Assembly: GCA_024679065.1 (NCBI GenBank)
Contig: JAGIQG010000009.1
Coordinates: forward strand, 109,182,001-109,246,000
DNA length: 64,000 nt
Reading direction: 5' to 3'
From: Sphyrna mokarran
Taxonomy: Eukaryota
Below, one piece after another: positions 14,001-27,299 of the stretch. The stretch's first letter is position 1. Every line of letters begins with the position of its first letter. The position numbers were made by a program, and so were the translations under genes. The notes below the pieces were generated by a model, which ran no database searches, was not told the DNA's origin, and saw only the letters and a program-made list of their open reading frames with translations.

Positions 14001-17000
14001 AAACTCTGCTTCCAGCACCTCTTCACGGAGAGAGTTCTGATGTCTGTGCAGACGGTTCTGCCAGTGTGCTTACGCCCTGTTCATCTCTAGACAGTGTGAG
14101 TCACACCCCTTGGTATTTTTTGTCAGGGTGCTACAATCTAGAAAGAAAATCCAACAGTTTGCTGGAGAAAAGCACACTGCTTTTCTTACCAGAAACAAAC
14201 CTGCCATTTTTTTTGTAAGGTTTTGCCCAGTGAAGACTTCAACGCGAATGGGGCTTTAATGCAATGTTGGTCTTTCATTGGATAGTTATGAGCTGTGAAA
14301 GTCCCACCTAATGGAATGGATTAAAATGGGTTTTATTTAAGGCAGTTACCTTAAATAAAACCCATCAGAAATGATATAATTGTTAGTCTCCTGGTGCCCT
14401 ATGTATCTTACAACTAAAACAAGCAAACAGATAACTTTACCATTTTCACATGTTGTTTGCAATGCTTTGATGTTGTGAATTTGATCAGTTTACTTCCTAC
14501 ATTACAGCAATAATTATTCCTCAATAACACTTCATTAGTTGTGAGGCACTTTAGACCATGTTATGGGCAGTAAGGAAACGAATCAGATATATTTGTTTTT
14601 TCCATTCAAAACAATCGTTTTGCAGACCGGAGTGCATGAATTGTTACAGCTGCTCATCACTCTTTCATTTTCCCTCCAGCCATCCTCTCCGCCGCATCCT
14701 ACGTTGATATTTTCCCTCCACCACCCTCTCCATCAAGGAGTTGTGATGAATTTCCTGTCTCCCACCACCCTTCTCAAACTTCACCGAGCACATTCCAATG
14801 TTAGTGTAGACACTGAAAACTGAGCCAGCAATATTGTACTGAAGATTCTCAGAATGGATTGGGCTTTTGTCCAAATTCATTGATCAAGCTGTGGTCACTC
14901 AGAACAAACTTTTGTCTGGCCTCCTGATACATCTATGTTTAGCACAATTCCTATATTGTTTCAAACTTTTATGATGTTCATCCTCTCTATTCTGTTTTGA
15001 ACCTTGAATATTTCAATAAGTCACCATACATAAGAACATAAGAACTAGGAGCAGGAGTCAGCCTGGCCTCTCAAGCCTGCTCCATCATTCAATAAGATCA
15101 TGGCTGATCTTTTTGTGGACTCAGCTCCACATACCTACCCGCTCACCATAACCCTTAATTCCTTTACCGTTCAAAGATTTTTCTATTCTTGCCTTAAAAA
15201 CATTAAATGAGGTCGCTTCAACTGGGCAGGGAATTCCACAGATTCACAACCCTTTGTGTGAAGAAGTTTCTCCTCAACTCAGTCCTAAATGTGCTTCCCC
15301 TTATTTTGAGGCTATGCCCCCTAGTTTCACCCGCCAATGGAAACATATTCCCTGTTTCTATCTTATCTATTCCCTTCATAATCTGATAAATTTCTCTCAG
15401 ATCTCTTCTCGTTCTTCTGAATTACAGTGATTATAACTCCAGTCTACTCAGTCTCTCCTCATAAGCCAACACTCTCAATTCCGGAATCAACGTAGTGAAT
15501 CTCCTCTGCACCCCCTCCAGTGCCAGTATATCCTTTCTCAAGTAAGGAGATCAAAACTGTGCACAGCACTCCAGCTGTGGCCTCACCAGCACCTTATACA
15601 GCTGCAACATAACCCCGCTGTTTTTAAACTCCATCCCTCCAGCAATGAAGGAACAAAATTCCATTTGCCTTCTTAATAACCTACTGCAGCTGCAAACCAA
15701 CTCCTTGTCATTCTTGCACAAGGACCCTCTGCATTTTTACCATTTAAATAATAGTCCATTTTGCTATTATTCCTATCAAAATGAATGACTTCACATTTAT
15801 CAACATTGTACTCCATCTATCAGAATCTCGCCCACTCACTTAGACTACCTATATCTCTTTGCAGAATTTTAGCATCGTCTGCACACTTTGCTCTGTCACC
15901 CATCTTAATGTCATCTGCCAATTCACTACTCTTGGTTCCCAACTCCAAATCATCTATGTAAGTCGTAAACAATTGTGGTCCCAATACTGATCCCTGTGGC
16001 ACATCACTGGTCACTGATCACCAACTCTTTGCTTTCTGTTAGTTAACCAATCCTCTACCCATACTAATACATTACCTGTAACACTGTGCACCTTTATCTT
16101 ATGGAGCACCTTGTCAAATGCCTTCTGAAAATTCAGATACACCACACCCACAAATTCCCCATTGTCCACTTCATATGTAATGTTCTCAAGGAATTTTATC
16201 AAATTAGTCAAACATTACCTGCCCTTCATGAACCCGTGCTGCATCTTACCAATGGGACAATTTATATCCAGATGTCTCACTATTTCTCACTTGATGATAG
16301 ATTCAAGCATTTTCCCTACTACAGAAGTTAAGCTAATCAGCCTATAGTTACCCGCCTTTTGTTTTTAACAGTGGTGTCACATTTGCTGTTTTCCGATCTG
16401 TGGAAACCACTCCACAGGGTCAGTGAATTTTGGTAAATTACCACTATTGCATTTACTATTTCCCTGTCATCTTCTCTTATCCAAATAAAGGCAAGCTGCA
16501 GATGCTGGAATCTGAAACAAAAATTGAAAATGCTGACAAACCTCAGCAGGTCTGACAGTGTCTGTGGAAAGAGAATTGAGCCATTGTTTCGAGTATGGAT
16601 TACCCTTTCTCAGAGCTGAGAGCAAAGAGAATCGGCAGAGATTTATATGATGAGATGAGGGTGAAGGGAGGAGCAGTAATAGAACATAGGAAATGTAAAT
16701 GAGGGTACAGAGGCTGAGAAGATGCTAAAAGTGACCATTAAGTGATCAGAATGGCAGAACAGATGTACAGATTGTAAAAGGAATGCGGAATGTGACAGTT
16801 GCCCTGAACGGAGAGAGGTGGGGTGGGAGATGGGGGGAGGGAATTGAATTTTGATAGGAGAGTGAGGGGAAGATGTGTTGAGTCGTGGCTTCATTCTGGA
16901 ATTGGTGGAAATTGCAGAGGATGATCCTTTGAATGTGGAGATTGGTGGGGTGAACAGTGAGCACAAGGGGGACCTTATCCGTTCTGGAAGAACAGGATCT

Positions 17001-20000
17001 GGGTGAAAGCAGTGGCCAGGGGAATGAGTTGGATGTGGTTGAGAGCCCTGTCAACCACAGTGGGTGGAAAACCACGATTCAGGAAGAAGAAAGACATATT
17101 GGTAGCATTATTTTGGAAAGTTGCATCATCAGAACAGATGCAGCAGAGGAGAAGGAACTGAGAGAAAAGGTTGGCATCTGACAGTATGTGGGTATGAAAA
17201 GTTATAGTCCAGACAGGTGTGGGAATCGATGGGTTTGCAATAGATATTAGTGGACAGTTTATCAGCAGAAATGGAGACAGAAATGTAAATGAAGAGAAGT
17301 GTTAGAGATGAATCATGTCAAGGTGATAGAAAAGTGAAATTGGAAACAAAAGGTCCAGACGAGAGCATGAAGTAGCATGAAATAGTCCTCAATGTACCGA
17401 TAAAGGAGCTGTGGAAAAGGATGGAACAGGACTGGAACAGAGAATGCTGGACATAACTCACAAAGAGCTCAGCGTAACTGGGACCCATGCAGGTGTCCAC
17501 AACCTCACCTGTCATTTGGAGGAAGTGAGCCGAGTTAAAGGAGAAATTATTGAGTAAGAGAACAAGTTCAGCCAGATGGAGAAGAGAAGTGCTGGATGGG
17601 GATAGTTCAGATCTCTCTGCTCGAGGAAGAAGCGAAGGGCTTTCAGGCTACCTTGGTGGGGAATGGAGGTGTGGAGGGATTAGACATCCATGGTGAAGAG
17701 GGGGTAGTTTGGGTCGGGGAACCAGAAGTCGACAATGTGACATAAGGCATCAGAGGAATCGAGATTTAGTTGGAAAGGAACTGGACAAGAGAAGAGAGAA
17801 TGGAGTCAAGATAGGAGGAAGTGAATTTTATAGGGCAGAAACAGGCTGACATGATGGGAGATACAGAGGCAGTCTTGTTTGTGGATTTTGGGAAGCAGGA
17901 AGAAGTGGACTGGTTTGGGAGACTATGAGATTGAAGGTTGTGCAGTGAACATCTGGAGAGGAGATGAGGTCATTGATAGTTCTGAAAACAGTGGTTTGAT
18001 GTTCAGTGGTTGGGTTGGGGTCCGGGGAAAACAGGAGGAAGTGTCTGAGAGTTAGCACTCAGCTTCTGCGAGGTAGAGGTCCATGTGCCAGACACCAACA
18101 GCACTGCCTTTGTCGGTGGGTTTGATGACAAGCTCTGGATCTAAGAGAGAGAAATGCAGTAAGTTTGGAAGGAGACAAGTTAAATGGTGGAGAGGAGCGG
18201 AGGAATTGAGATGGCTGGTGTCACGCCGAGAGTCCTCAATGAAAAATCAAGAGCCGTAATAGGAATCCAGATGGAGGGGGAATGCTGGAAGTGGGTGAAA
18301 GGATCTGTTGATCAGGGGAAGTGAGCATGGAAACAAAAGTAACTAAAGAAGAGTTCAGTATCACGTCAAGCCTGAAATATGTTGAGATGAGGATGTAAGT
18401 GCAGTCTTCCAGTCTCGCAGTTTCTACAGCCTCATTGCACCCCATCACCATTCCTTTGACTTAGATGTCCAATACAATTTATACTTAAAAGGTCTCATAA
18501 CACCAGGCTAAAGTCCAACAGGTTTATTTGGAATCAGGAGCTTTTGGAGTGCTGCTTCTTCATCAGGTGAGTGGAGAGTTGGGTTCACAAACATGTCATA
18601 TATAGAGAGAGACTCAATTGAAAGATAATGATTGAAATCTGAGTCTTCACAGGCAATCAAGTGCAAGTGGAGAGAGAGATAATTACAGGTTAAAGAGCTG
18701 TGAATTATCTCAAGCCAGGACAGTTAGTAGGATTTTACAAGCCCAGGTCAGATGGTGGGTGTTATATGTAGTGTGACATGAACCCAAGATTTGGGTTGAG
18801 GCCATCCTCATACATGTGGAACTGATTACCTGTAAAGATTCACATTCCAACCACTATCTTGCAGTTGTATCTCTGTCTACATGTACCCCGTATGTGAACA
18901 CTCATCTGATGAAAGAGCTGTGCTCCAAAAGCTTGTGATTCCAAATAAACCTGTTGGACTTTAACCTGATGTTGTGAGATTTGTTACTGTGCCCACCGCA
19001 GCCCAATGCCAGAATCTCCATGTCATGAATGCAGTTCATCAAATTGGATGTCTTTTTTGCATTATCTTTGTTCCGCTGGTAAAACATTAATAAAATGTTT
19101 ACCAAAATTCCAGATAGTGCCAGACTATTATCCTCAACAGATAAATTATCATAAAATTTTGAAATTCATGCTCTGTTCCTCTGGATATACTCATCTAAGG
19201 ATCGTCAACCAGCAATAAGGACATTTATTGTGGGACTTGGAGTTTCTTTAGTTCTTAAACAACTGGATTTATAATAGAGAAGATTAATATAAGAGTTTTA
19301 CCAGGTTTAATGGATTTGATCATTTCTCTCCACGCTGTGAACTGTAAAGGACCTCTGAACTTTCCGATCAACAGGGAGACATCAGCTCCAGAAAGCATCT
19401 CAGATTCCTCACTAATCCTGTAAACAGTAAACAGTTGATGTTACATTATCAGAATATTGAGGAAATTATATAAATGATCAAGTTATCCCAACATTCTTAT
19501 ATTTCAGCACTTTTTGTATTCGAGAGGATGTGATGGAAAGTGAAATGCTGTAACTGAGTGAAATATAATTTGAAAATTCAAGGTCAGAGAATGGAAACCC
19601 CTGTGAATGAAATCTGGTGCAGGATGGTGAGAGTTTCATTGCTGGGATATTACATTGTCGGACGGGGGGGTGGAGGTGGTGGTTTCCTGGTAGCATCTCT
19701 GCTTCTGACCCACAAGCCCAGGTTCAATTCCTACTTGAGGACTTGCTGACCAAGGAAAGTACATTCATAAACCAGGGTGTCAATCATTTCAACTCACACC
19801 AATGGCAAGCAGCAAGAGTGGGAAAGATTCCTGGTCTGTCTGTGATCAAAATAAAATTGCAGCCTTAGTCATCACTATCGAAAACTCATGTCTAGAACAT
19901 GCTGTAAAAACTCATGTTACCATGGAACTCAGGTTTGTTGGTGAGCCAGTCTACTGGACTGCAGGTGTGGATCTGACTGATGTTAACACCATAGGGCTGG

Positions 20001-23000
20001 ATCCGTGTTCCGGCTGGTATGGATTGAGGACCTAGATCTTTACACTAACATTGGAGGAGCTGGGGATTAGAGGTCTCATTGTATAGAGAACTCAAGAAGA
20101 TAGCACATTAAACAGAACAAGATATATATTTAACCTACACACTTGCTATTTATAATCAAAGTTAATAAAACTCAGATAAAGGATCAAACTATTAAAATCA
20201 TGTAAACATCTAAAAATTGGACATTAGCTTATTATCCCATAATGTAACATATGGGTGCAAAACCCTCTCAGAATCCTCAGCTCCTCAATCTCTGGCCTCT
20301 TAACCATCTTTGATTCCACTTGGTCGGCTAATTGTGACTGCATCTTTAGTTGCCGAGTTCCTAAACTGGAATTTCAACCCTGAACAGCTCAGGATCTCAA
20401 CAGTGCAGAAAAAGGCCACTTGACTCATTGAGTCTGCATCAACTCTCCAATCGAGCATCTTGACCAGGCTCTAACCCCATAAGTCCACATACTTACCTCA
20501 GTAATTCCCCAATCCTACACATCTGGGACATTAAGGGGCAATTTAACATGGCCAATCCACCTAACCTGCACCTTTTTGAATGTTGGAGGAAACCGGAGCA
20601 CCCAGAGGAAACCCATGCAGACATGGGGAGAAGGTGCAGACTCCACACAAACAGTGACCCCAAGGCAAATTGAACCCAGGTCCTTGGTGCTGTGAGGCAG
20701 CAGTACAACCACTGTGTTACTGTACCTACTAATTAGCAACCTTTTCTCATACTGTATAAATACGTTGTTTGCTATTTGTTATTTATATTCCTGCACCATG
20801 TCTTGATGAGTGCAAGATAAGCTTCGACAAAAAAAAGTTTATTTTTCAGTATTCATCAAGTTCCTTATCGCCAAGCAATTATTATTTTCCTCCTTTAAGG
20901 CATCAAGGTATCCCCTGAAACTTTCCTTCTCCATCTGTGTTAATATCTCCTTAACTGGCTCAGCCCCTCAGTTTCTAAGTTCTAATGCTCCTACACTGTA
21001 TTTTCTAGTATGTTAAAGATGCTATACAAATACAGATTGTTGCTGTTATAATTGCTGGTTGTAGAGAAAGGTTGTATTAAAAAATAAAAATAGAACCCAG
21101 TTCTTCTTTATGGTGAGGATTTCTCAAGTCTGTACAGATGTTTGAATAACCCACACTTTGGAAACTCTCTCAGGGTCAGTCAGAAGGTCACTGTGTGTGT
21201 CTGTCTCTCTCAGCGTCAATCAGAAGGTCACTGCCTACCAGGCAGACTGCAGCTTGTAAATTACCACTGAGGGGCTTGGAATTTGGTTATGTTATTTTCC
21301 ACATCATCTTGTCATTTAATACAATATGGGAGAGCAGTTATTAATCACTGTGTTAAAGGGCTTCACCACAATGAAAATATTCTGCATGCATCACAACTAA
21401 GTTACTGTCACTCACTATTCTTTTGAAAATATAATGTCTGTAAACAGGAAACAAATCTCACAATCAGAATAACGTAATTGTTTTTACACAGACTTTGCAG
21501 AGTTTCTATGTCTTACCTCCTTTTCCGACAAGTTCCTTCCTGAAAGAAATAAATGATAAATAGTGAGGATGACAGTAACAGATATAATTGTGAAGGGTTC
21601 AATTTGATTCAATTTGATTTATTATTGTCATGTATTGGTTTACAGTGAACAGTATTGTTTCTTGTATACATTACAGATAAAGTATACAGTACAGAGAGTA
21701 CATAGGAGAGAAGGAAGGGAGAGAGGGCAGAATATAATAAGAGGAAACATTATAGAATCATAGAATAGAATCACAGAATCATTACAGTGCAGAAAGAGGC
21801 CATTCGGCCCATCAAACCTGGACTGTTAACAATCCCACCCAAGCCCCATCCTCGCAGCTCCATACATTTACCTTGCCAGTCCCCCTGACACTAAGGGTCA
21901 ATTTTATCATGGCCAATACACCTAACCCACATATTTTTGAATTGTGGAAGGAAACTGGAGGAAACCCACACAGACACGAAGAGAATGTGCAAACTCTACA
22001 CAGATAATGACCCAAACTGGGAATCACACCCAGTTTGTCTGGTGCTGTGTGGCAGCAGTGCTAACCACTGTGCTACCTTAATGTTACAGTGCCACTGTAA
22101 TGTTACAGTCATAGCTAGGGTGTAAAGAAAGATCAATTTAGTGTGAGGTAGAACCATTCAAAAGTCTGATGGTAGTGGGGAAGAAGCTGTTCTTGAGTCA
22201 GTTGGGATATAACCTCAGGCTTCTGTATGTCTTTTCCAATGTAAGAAGGTGGAAGAAAGTAAATCAGGGTAAAATACTGGGCAGTGGAGCTAATTGGAAT
22301 TTTCTTTCACTGAGCCAACACAGACCAGATGGAGAGAATTGTTTCCTATGTGTTGTAGAATTGATGATATTATTAAAATGATTTTTATATCAGACACTGG
22401 TACTCAACATCAATTCTGCTGACAAACACAGTTGCTGGAATGCTACCCGCCCACCATAGAATCAGCACGGGCAAGGTTCCGATGATGGAAATCTCCGTTA
22501 ACCTCAAGTGGGAATTTCTGGTCTCAACCCAGTGAGGCCCTAAAATTCTGCCCAATAACTCTCACACCCACACTGTTAGACACATCCACAAACTCACAAC
22601 ATGGAACTGGAGATAGATTACAATGGGAGTTCCAAGAGAAAATTACACTAAGGGAGCAAGGAAATGATTCCAAACAAGTGTCCAGATCAGGATAATTTAT
22701 TTCTAGGAAGTTGCCGGTATTCCTGAGATTCTGCAGATTTTGTAGGAGCGGTGAGTTCAGTGACAACAGCAGAAATATCTCAGAAGAAACACAAAATTGG
22801 TTTAATTTTGTTTCTACCTCTCAGTAAATTCTATATTTAGTGAAGTTTCCCTGAACTGAACCACAATATATTCCCTCACCTTTAGAAATATCAGCTCATC
22901 TTTTTGTTCCATCTGTTCTTGCAACTTTGAGAGTTTCTCCTCAATAGAATTTAAATTCTCCTGAATCTCTTGAAGGTTTTTCTTCATTGATTCTACAATC

Positions 23001-23801
23001 TTTTCCTCTTCTTCCCTGAGATCTCTTAGTAATTGCTGTTCTCTTGCGGTGAGAATCTGGTGCATTTTTTTGAATTCAGATGTGATGTGGGTCTGCAGAC
23101 TGCTCGACTGTTCCTACCCAATGAAATGTGAAATATAATTAATGTCCCGCGATAAAGGGAACAAAACTAACCGAGATCCCAGAAAACCAGCACAGGGAGA
23201 CCTTACCCTAACTTCAGAAATCTTCCGTTTCTGATTCTGTGCTGTTTCGAGAACTGCCAATTTCTTCAACTTGAAAGAATTTATGGAAGGTTTCAGCTGA
23301 TCCTGGGATTGGAAGAGAAAATCACAGAATGAAAGTTTTAAACTCTAAAAGTATGATAGAACTATCAGATAAATAGTATTTCCCTTTTACCTTGTAAGTT
23401 TCAAAAGCTTCTTTAATGGGCAGGAAGTGGTGCTCTCTGTGTTCCCGCGAGTCTCTACAAATCAGACAGATCAATTTCTTGTCAGTTTCACAAAACAGCT
23501 TCAGTTCTTCCTGATGTTCCTCACAGTGAAATTTACTTTCCTTCTCTTTCGGATTCAGGTTTAATTCTCGAGCTTTCTCGGCCAGATTCGCTAAGGCCCG
23601 ATTTACCCTGAGGTTTCTTTCCGGAAACTCCTCTCTACATTCTGGGCAGGAGTTTATCCCCTTCTTTTCCCAACTCCGGATGATACAGGAGCGGCAGAAG
23701 TTGTGATCACATTCCAGGATTACCGGATCAGTGAAGAAATTGAGACAAATGGAACAAATTGCCTCCTTGAGCCAACTCTCTGCTTGTTGTCTGGAAGCCA
23801 T
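7459..23801 (-). CDS. TRIM-B30.2 E3 ubiquitin ligase (RING-Bbox2-CC-PRY/SPRY; TRIM39/RFP/A33/NF7-like), 6 coding exons, 476 aa
   Basis: Manual splice: 23801-23391 (411), 23302-23207 (96), 23113-22880 (234), 21539-21517 (23), 19417-19302 (116), 8009-7459 (551) = 1431 nt, open frame, all introns GT-AG. The 96/~231-234/23/~116 exon sizes are the typical class IV TRIM layout. Confidence 0.95.
8040..8960 (+). repeat. GA-rich low-complexity tract (polypyrimidine on the TRIM sense strand)
   Basis: About 900 nt dominated by purines on the + strand, adjoining the TRIM last-exon acceptor. Confidence 0.9.
10895..11190 (+). mobile_element. tRNA-derived V-SINE (HE1-like), representative copy
   Basis: Head ggtggcacagtaattagcactgctgcctca...gttcgattcc and V core gtgtggggtttgcacattctcccc...gggtttcc. 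Similar copies near 1, 20400, 21760, 26905, 27410, 32140, 35160, 38650, 49230, 53015, 54910, 57910 and 59345. Confidence 0.85.
11305..12215 (-). mobile_element. CR1 LINE 3' fragment
   Basis: LLQLYRALVNPQLEYCEQF...QQRFTRLIPGM and YFFTQRVVRLWNSLP. Confidence 0.88.
12240..13490 (+). mobile_element. CR1 LINE 3' fragment (same family as, and opposite in orientation to, 11305-12215)
   Basis: LLQLYRTLVRPHLEYCVQFW...RRFTRLIPG; CR1 tail ctcctatcttctatg. Confidence 0.88.
15030..16450 (-). mobile_element. CR1 LINE RT fragment
   Basis: VYLNFQKAFDKV, WVEDWLTNRKQRV, SDVPQGSVLGPQLF. Confidence 0.9.
16480..19030 (-). mobile_element. Decayed Penelope-like element (RT body ~16480-18430) plus terminal-repeat fragments (~18490-19030)
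   Basis: MGPSYAELFV and DKVPLVLTVHPTNLHIQRIILCNF are typical PLE RT and linker motifs; adjacent hammerhead-like repeats. Confidence 0.75.
19302..19417 (-). CDS. TRIM exon 5 (116 nt, linker before PRY)
   Basis: tttacag|GATTAGT...AAACCTG|gtaaaa; encodes ISEESEMLSGADVSLLIGKFRGPLQFTAWREMIKSIKP. Confidence 0.92.
21517..21539 (-). CDS. TRIM exon 4 (23 nt linker)
   Basis: tttctttcag|GAAGGAACTTGTCGGAAAAGGAG|gtaaga; encodes EGTCRKR(R) and restores the frame to exon 5. Confidence 0.9.
22880..23113 (-). CDS. TRIM exon 3 (234 nt, coiled coil)
   Basis: ggtag|GAACAG...CTAAAG|gtgagg; encodes EQSSSLQTHITSEFKKMHQILTAREQQLLRDLREEEEK...KDELIFLK. Confidence 0.94.
23207..23302 (-). CDS. TRIM exon 2 (96 nt, coiled coil)
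   Basis: cccag|GATCAG...GTTAGG|gtaagg; encodes DQLKPSINSFKLKKLAVLETAQNQKRKISEVR. Confidence 0.93.
23391..23801 (-). CDS. TRIM coding exon 1: RING (C3HC4) and B-box2
   Basis: MASRQQAESW...CSIC...CDHNFCRSC...CPEC (RING) and CEEHQEELKLFCETDKKLICLICRDSREHREH (B-box2). Ends YK|GTAAAA, phase 0. Confidence 0.96.
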
Positions 23802-23831
23802 GTTCACACTCAGCTCTTCCCGATTCAAACC

Positions 23832-23873
23832 ACTTTCAGTTTGAATGTTACTGATTCCTGAACACTTTAAATA
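23832..23873 (-). promoter_or_regulatory. IRF-E-like motif (TTCAAACTGAAAGT, 23845-23832) and TATA-like TATTTAAA (23873-23866) just upstream of the TRIM ATG
   Basis: AANTGAAA IRF core 31 nt before the ATG; 13/14 identical to the motif at 63674-63687. Confidence 0.4.
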
Positions 23874-24004
23874 CTGTGATTTCCTGATGAAGTTCACTAC
23901 AACAGTCTAAGAATTATTATTAAAAGCTATTTTACTGTCCTATCGACTTTTTCAGGGGCAGAAACAAAACCTGACTGTTTTGAAGGACAGAGAGGTTTAG
24001 AAAA

Positions 24005-24103
24005 TGGAGGGAGGATTGAACCCTGGCCGCGAGGTTAAGGTCCATGGGGTGTTGGAGGGAGGATTGAACCCTGGCCGTGAGTTTAAAGTCCATGGGGTGT
24101 TGG
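24005..24103 (+). repeat. Two-copy 48-bp tandem duplication
   Basis: TGGAGGGAGGATTGAACCCTGGCCG...GTCCATGGGGTGT occurs twice (starts 24005 and 24053). Confidence 0.9.
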
Positions 24104-24439
24104 CAGTGGAGGATGGAGGTGCGGAGATGGGTGGGGACTGAGATTTCATTGCTCTTTTCTCCCTGTTGAATAACAACTCTCAGGTAAAACATAGAATAAG
24201 ATCCAGATTCACAAATTGAAATGTGTTCATGATTGCAGCCGCTTAACATTTAACACAAAGGGACAGAAAAGTCAAGCAGAAAAGTCGTTATGGATCACAG
24301 CTAGAGAAGGTTTTTACAGGGATTGGAGCTGTGAGGCTAAGAAACTTTTGGAAATATATAGTGCCTTTCACAACCTTGAGTGGCCCAGGCATGTTAAAGG
24401 TCACTAAGTATTTCTGAAGTGTAGACATATTTGTCACAG

Positions 24440-26340
24440 TGTCTTATCAGAGAGTTTTACTGCAGAGAAAGATGGGCTTTGGCCCATTGTGTTTGTGCTG
24501 ACTGTCAAGCTGTTCTCATCTAATTTTCCAGCACTTGGTCTGCAGCTTTGTATGCTGTGGCATTTGAAGTGTTCATCTAAATGCTTCTTAAATGTTGTGT
24601 GGATTTTTGCTTCTGCCACCCTTTCAGGCAGAGGGCTCTAGATTCCAACCACCCTCTGGGTGAATACATTTTCCCTCAAATCCCCTCTAAATCTCCTGCC
24701 ACTTAACTCAGCAATGCTGCCTGATTATTAACTTCTTTATTAAGGGGAAAAGTTTCTTTCTGTTTACTTTACCTATAATTTTGTACATCTCAATTAGGTT
24801 TCCTCTCTGCCTTCTCTGCTCTAAGGAAAACAATCCCAGTCTATCCAATCTGTTTTGATAGCTCAAGTGCTCCAGCCCAGGCAATGTCCTGGTGAATCTC
24901 CTCTGAACATTATCGGGTGCAATCACATCCTTATAATGTGGTGATCAGAATTACACACAAAACCCCAGCTGTGCCCAAACCAATATTTTATATAAACCCT
25001 GTGCTCTTACAGTCTGTGAATCAGCTAATAAAGGAAAGTAACTCATATGTCTTCTTAACCAGCTTATTTACCTCCCTTGCTACCTTCAGGGAACTTTAGA
25101 CATGCACAGAAAGGTCTCTCTGGTTCTCCCTACTTCCTTGGGTCTTACCATTCATTGTATATTCTCTTATCTTGTTAATCCTCTCAAAATGCATCAGCTC
25201 ACACTTTACAGGGTTGTATTCCATTTGCCACAATTCTCACATCTAGCCAGCCCGTCTGTATTGTCCTAAAACTTTCATCCTCACTATTTCCCGCACCTCC
25301 AACTCTTGTGTCAGCTGTAAACTTACTGGTCAAGCCTCCCACATTCCCCTCTCTGTCATTAATGTACACTACAAACAGCAAGAGAGCCGGCACCAATCCC
25401 TATGGACATCACTGGACACAGGTTCCCAGGCACCAGAACAACCTCCGGCCCTCAGCCTCTATCTCTTTGCACTAAGTCAATTTTGGATCCAATTTGCCAA
25501 TTGCCCTGCATTCCATGGGCTCTTACCTTCTTCTTCAGTCCCTCATATTGGACCTTGTCAGAATCCTTACTGAAGCCCATGCAGAATATTATCAACTACT
25601 CCACCCTCATCGACACATCTAACCACCTCCTTAAAAAATTCAATTAAATTTATTAAACAAGGGCTAGAATTCTCTGAATTTCTTCACCCCATCACCACTG
25701 CCAGCGAGAATGGTAAATTTGGCACTCGGGAAATCTCCATTCACTGCAGAAGGATCATAAAATCCCAGTTACTGATGAGACCGACCATGATCTCCCCCTG
25801 ACAAACCCACACTGACTAGCCTTTTCATTGAGTGACAGAGAAAAGAGATCCTTCGGCCTATCATATCCATGCCAGCCATTCAGCACCTATCTATTCTAAT
25901 CCCATTTTCCAGCACTTCTCTTTAACCGTTTTTTGGTACGGCATTACAAGTACTCTTCTAAATGCTTCTTAAACATTGTGTTGGTTCCTGCCTCCACTAC
26001 CCTTTCAGGCAGTGGGTTCTTGATTTCCACCATCCTCTGGGTTAAAAAGTTTTTCCTCAAATCCTCTCTAAATCTCCTGCCCCTTACCTTTAATCTACGC
26101 CTCCTGATTATTGATGTTCTGCAAAGAGGAACAGTTTATTCTTATCCACCCTATCAATAGTTCTCATAATTTTATACACCTCATGTTCCCCTCAGCCTTT
26201 TCTGTTCTAAGGAAAACAACCCCAGCGTCTCTTCAAAGCTGAAATGCTTCAGGCCAGACAGCATTCTGGTGAAACTCCTCTGCATCCTCTTCAGTGCAAT
26301 CACACCCTTCCTATAGTGTGGTGACCAGAACTGCACACAG
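24440..26340 (-). mobile_element. Two decayed CR1 fragments
   Basis: VQRRFTRTLPGLEHLSYQNRLDRLGLFSLEQRR; LLFVVYIND. Confidence 0.8.
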
Positions 26341-27299
26341 CACTCAGCATCAAGTGGAGATTAATTCTGTCCAGACTTTTTTTCCAAGAATTTCGCGATC
26401 AATTATGTTAGTTAGACTCACTGTTCTGTCATTACTTTGTTTCTCTTTACTTCCCTTCCTGAATAATGGTACTGCATTAATATTGGTCCCACAATACCAT
26501 TATTTGCTGATTTAATACCAGCTAATGTTGATCTCTTTAAGTACAGCTATGAAACAAATGTAACCAGAGCAACTGTTTTCCGTGTTGTTGAGGGATAAAT
26601 TTAAGTCACGAAACTGGGAAAATATTCCCATTTTCATGTTGAAATTATGCCATGGTATTATTTATACCTGCCTGTCAGACAGACTGGGCAATGGCTTAAC
26701 ATCTGGTCCAAGAAACATTACATTTCACACCCCCTGATTGCTGTACTGGAATGTCCATCTAAATTACATGTGCATATCTCGATTACCTGACCTGGTTCAG
26801 AGGTAAGAGCACAAACACTGAATTACAACTAACATCTATCGTTGGATCTGAGGCAATTTCCCACACAACACTGTAATTTTTTTTATAGAAGGAATCCAGA
26901 GAGGGTTGGCACAGTAGCACAGTGATTAATATTGCTGCTTTACAGTGCCAGGGACCTGGGTTTGATTTTCAGCTTGGGCCTCTGTGTGGAGTTTGCACAT
27001 TCCCCTCGTGTCTGCATGGGTTTCCTCGGTTTCTTACCACATTCTGAAAGATGTGCTGGTCGGGTGCATTGACCCAAACAGGTGCCAGAGTGTGGCGACC
27101 AGGGGAATTTCACAATAACTTCACTGCAATGTTAATGTGAGCCTTACTTGTGACAAATAAATAAACTTGAGAGATGACACAGTGGGAGTGGATGTTCTGT
27201 CAATGCGATGATCTCCCAGACATTTTCATAACACACATTGAATGGATTATTCCACTGACAATGATTCGGATGAAAGACACTTAAAAGTTAAGTTCAACA

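Noticed and set aside
23802-23897. 32-codon N-terminal extension of the TRIM ORF in the track
   Set aside because: Starts at a non-ATG codon; the ATG at 23801 places the RING at the usual distance from the N-terminus.
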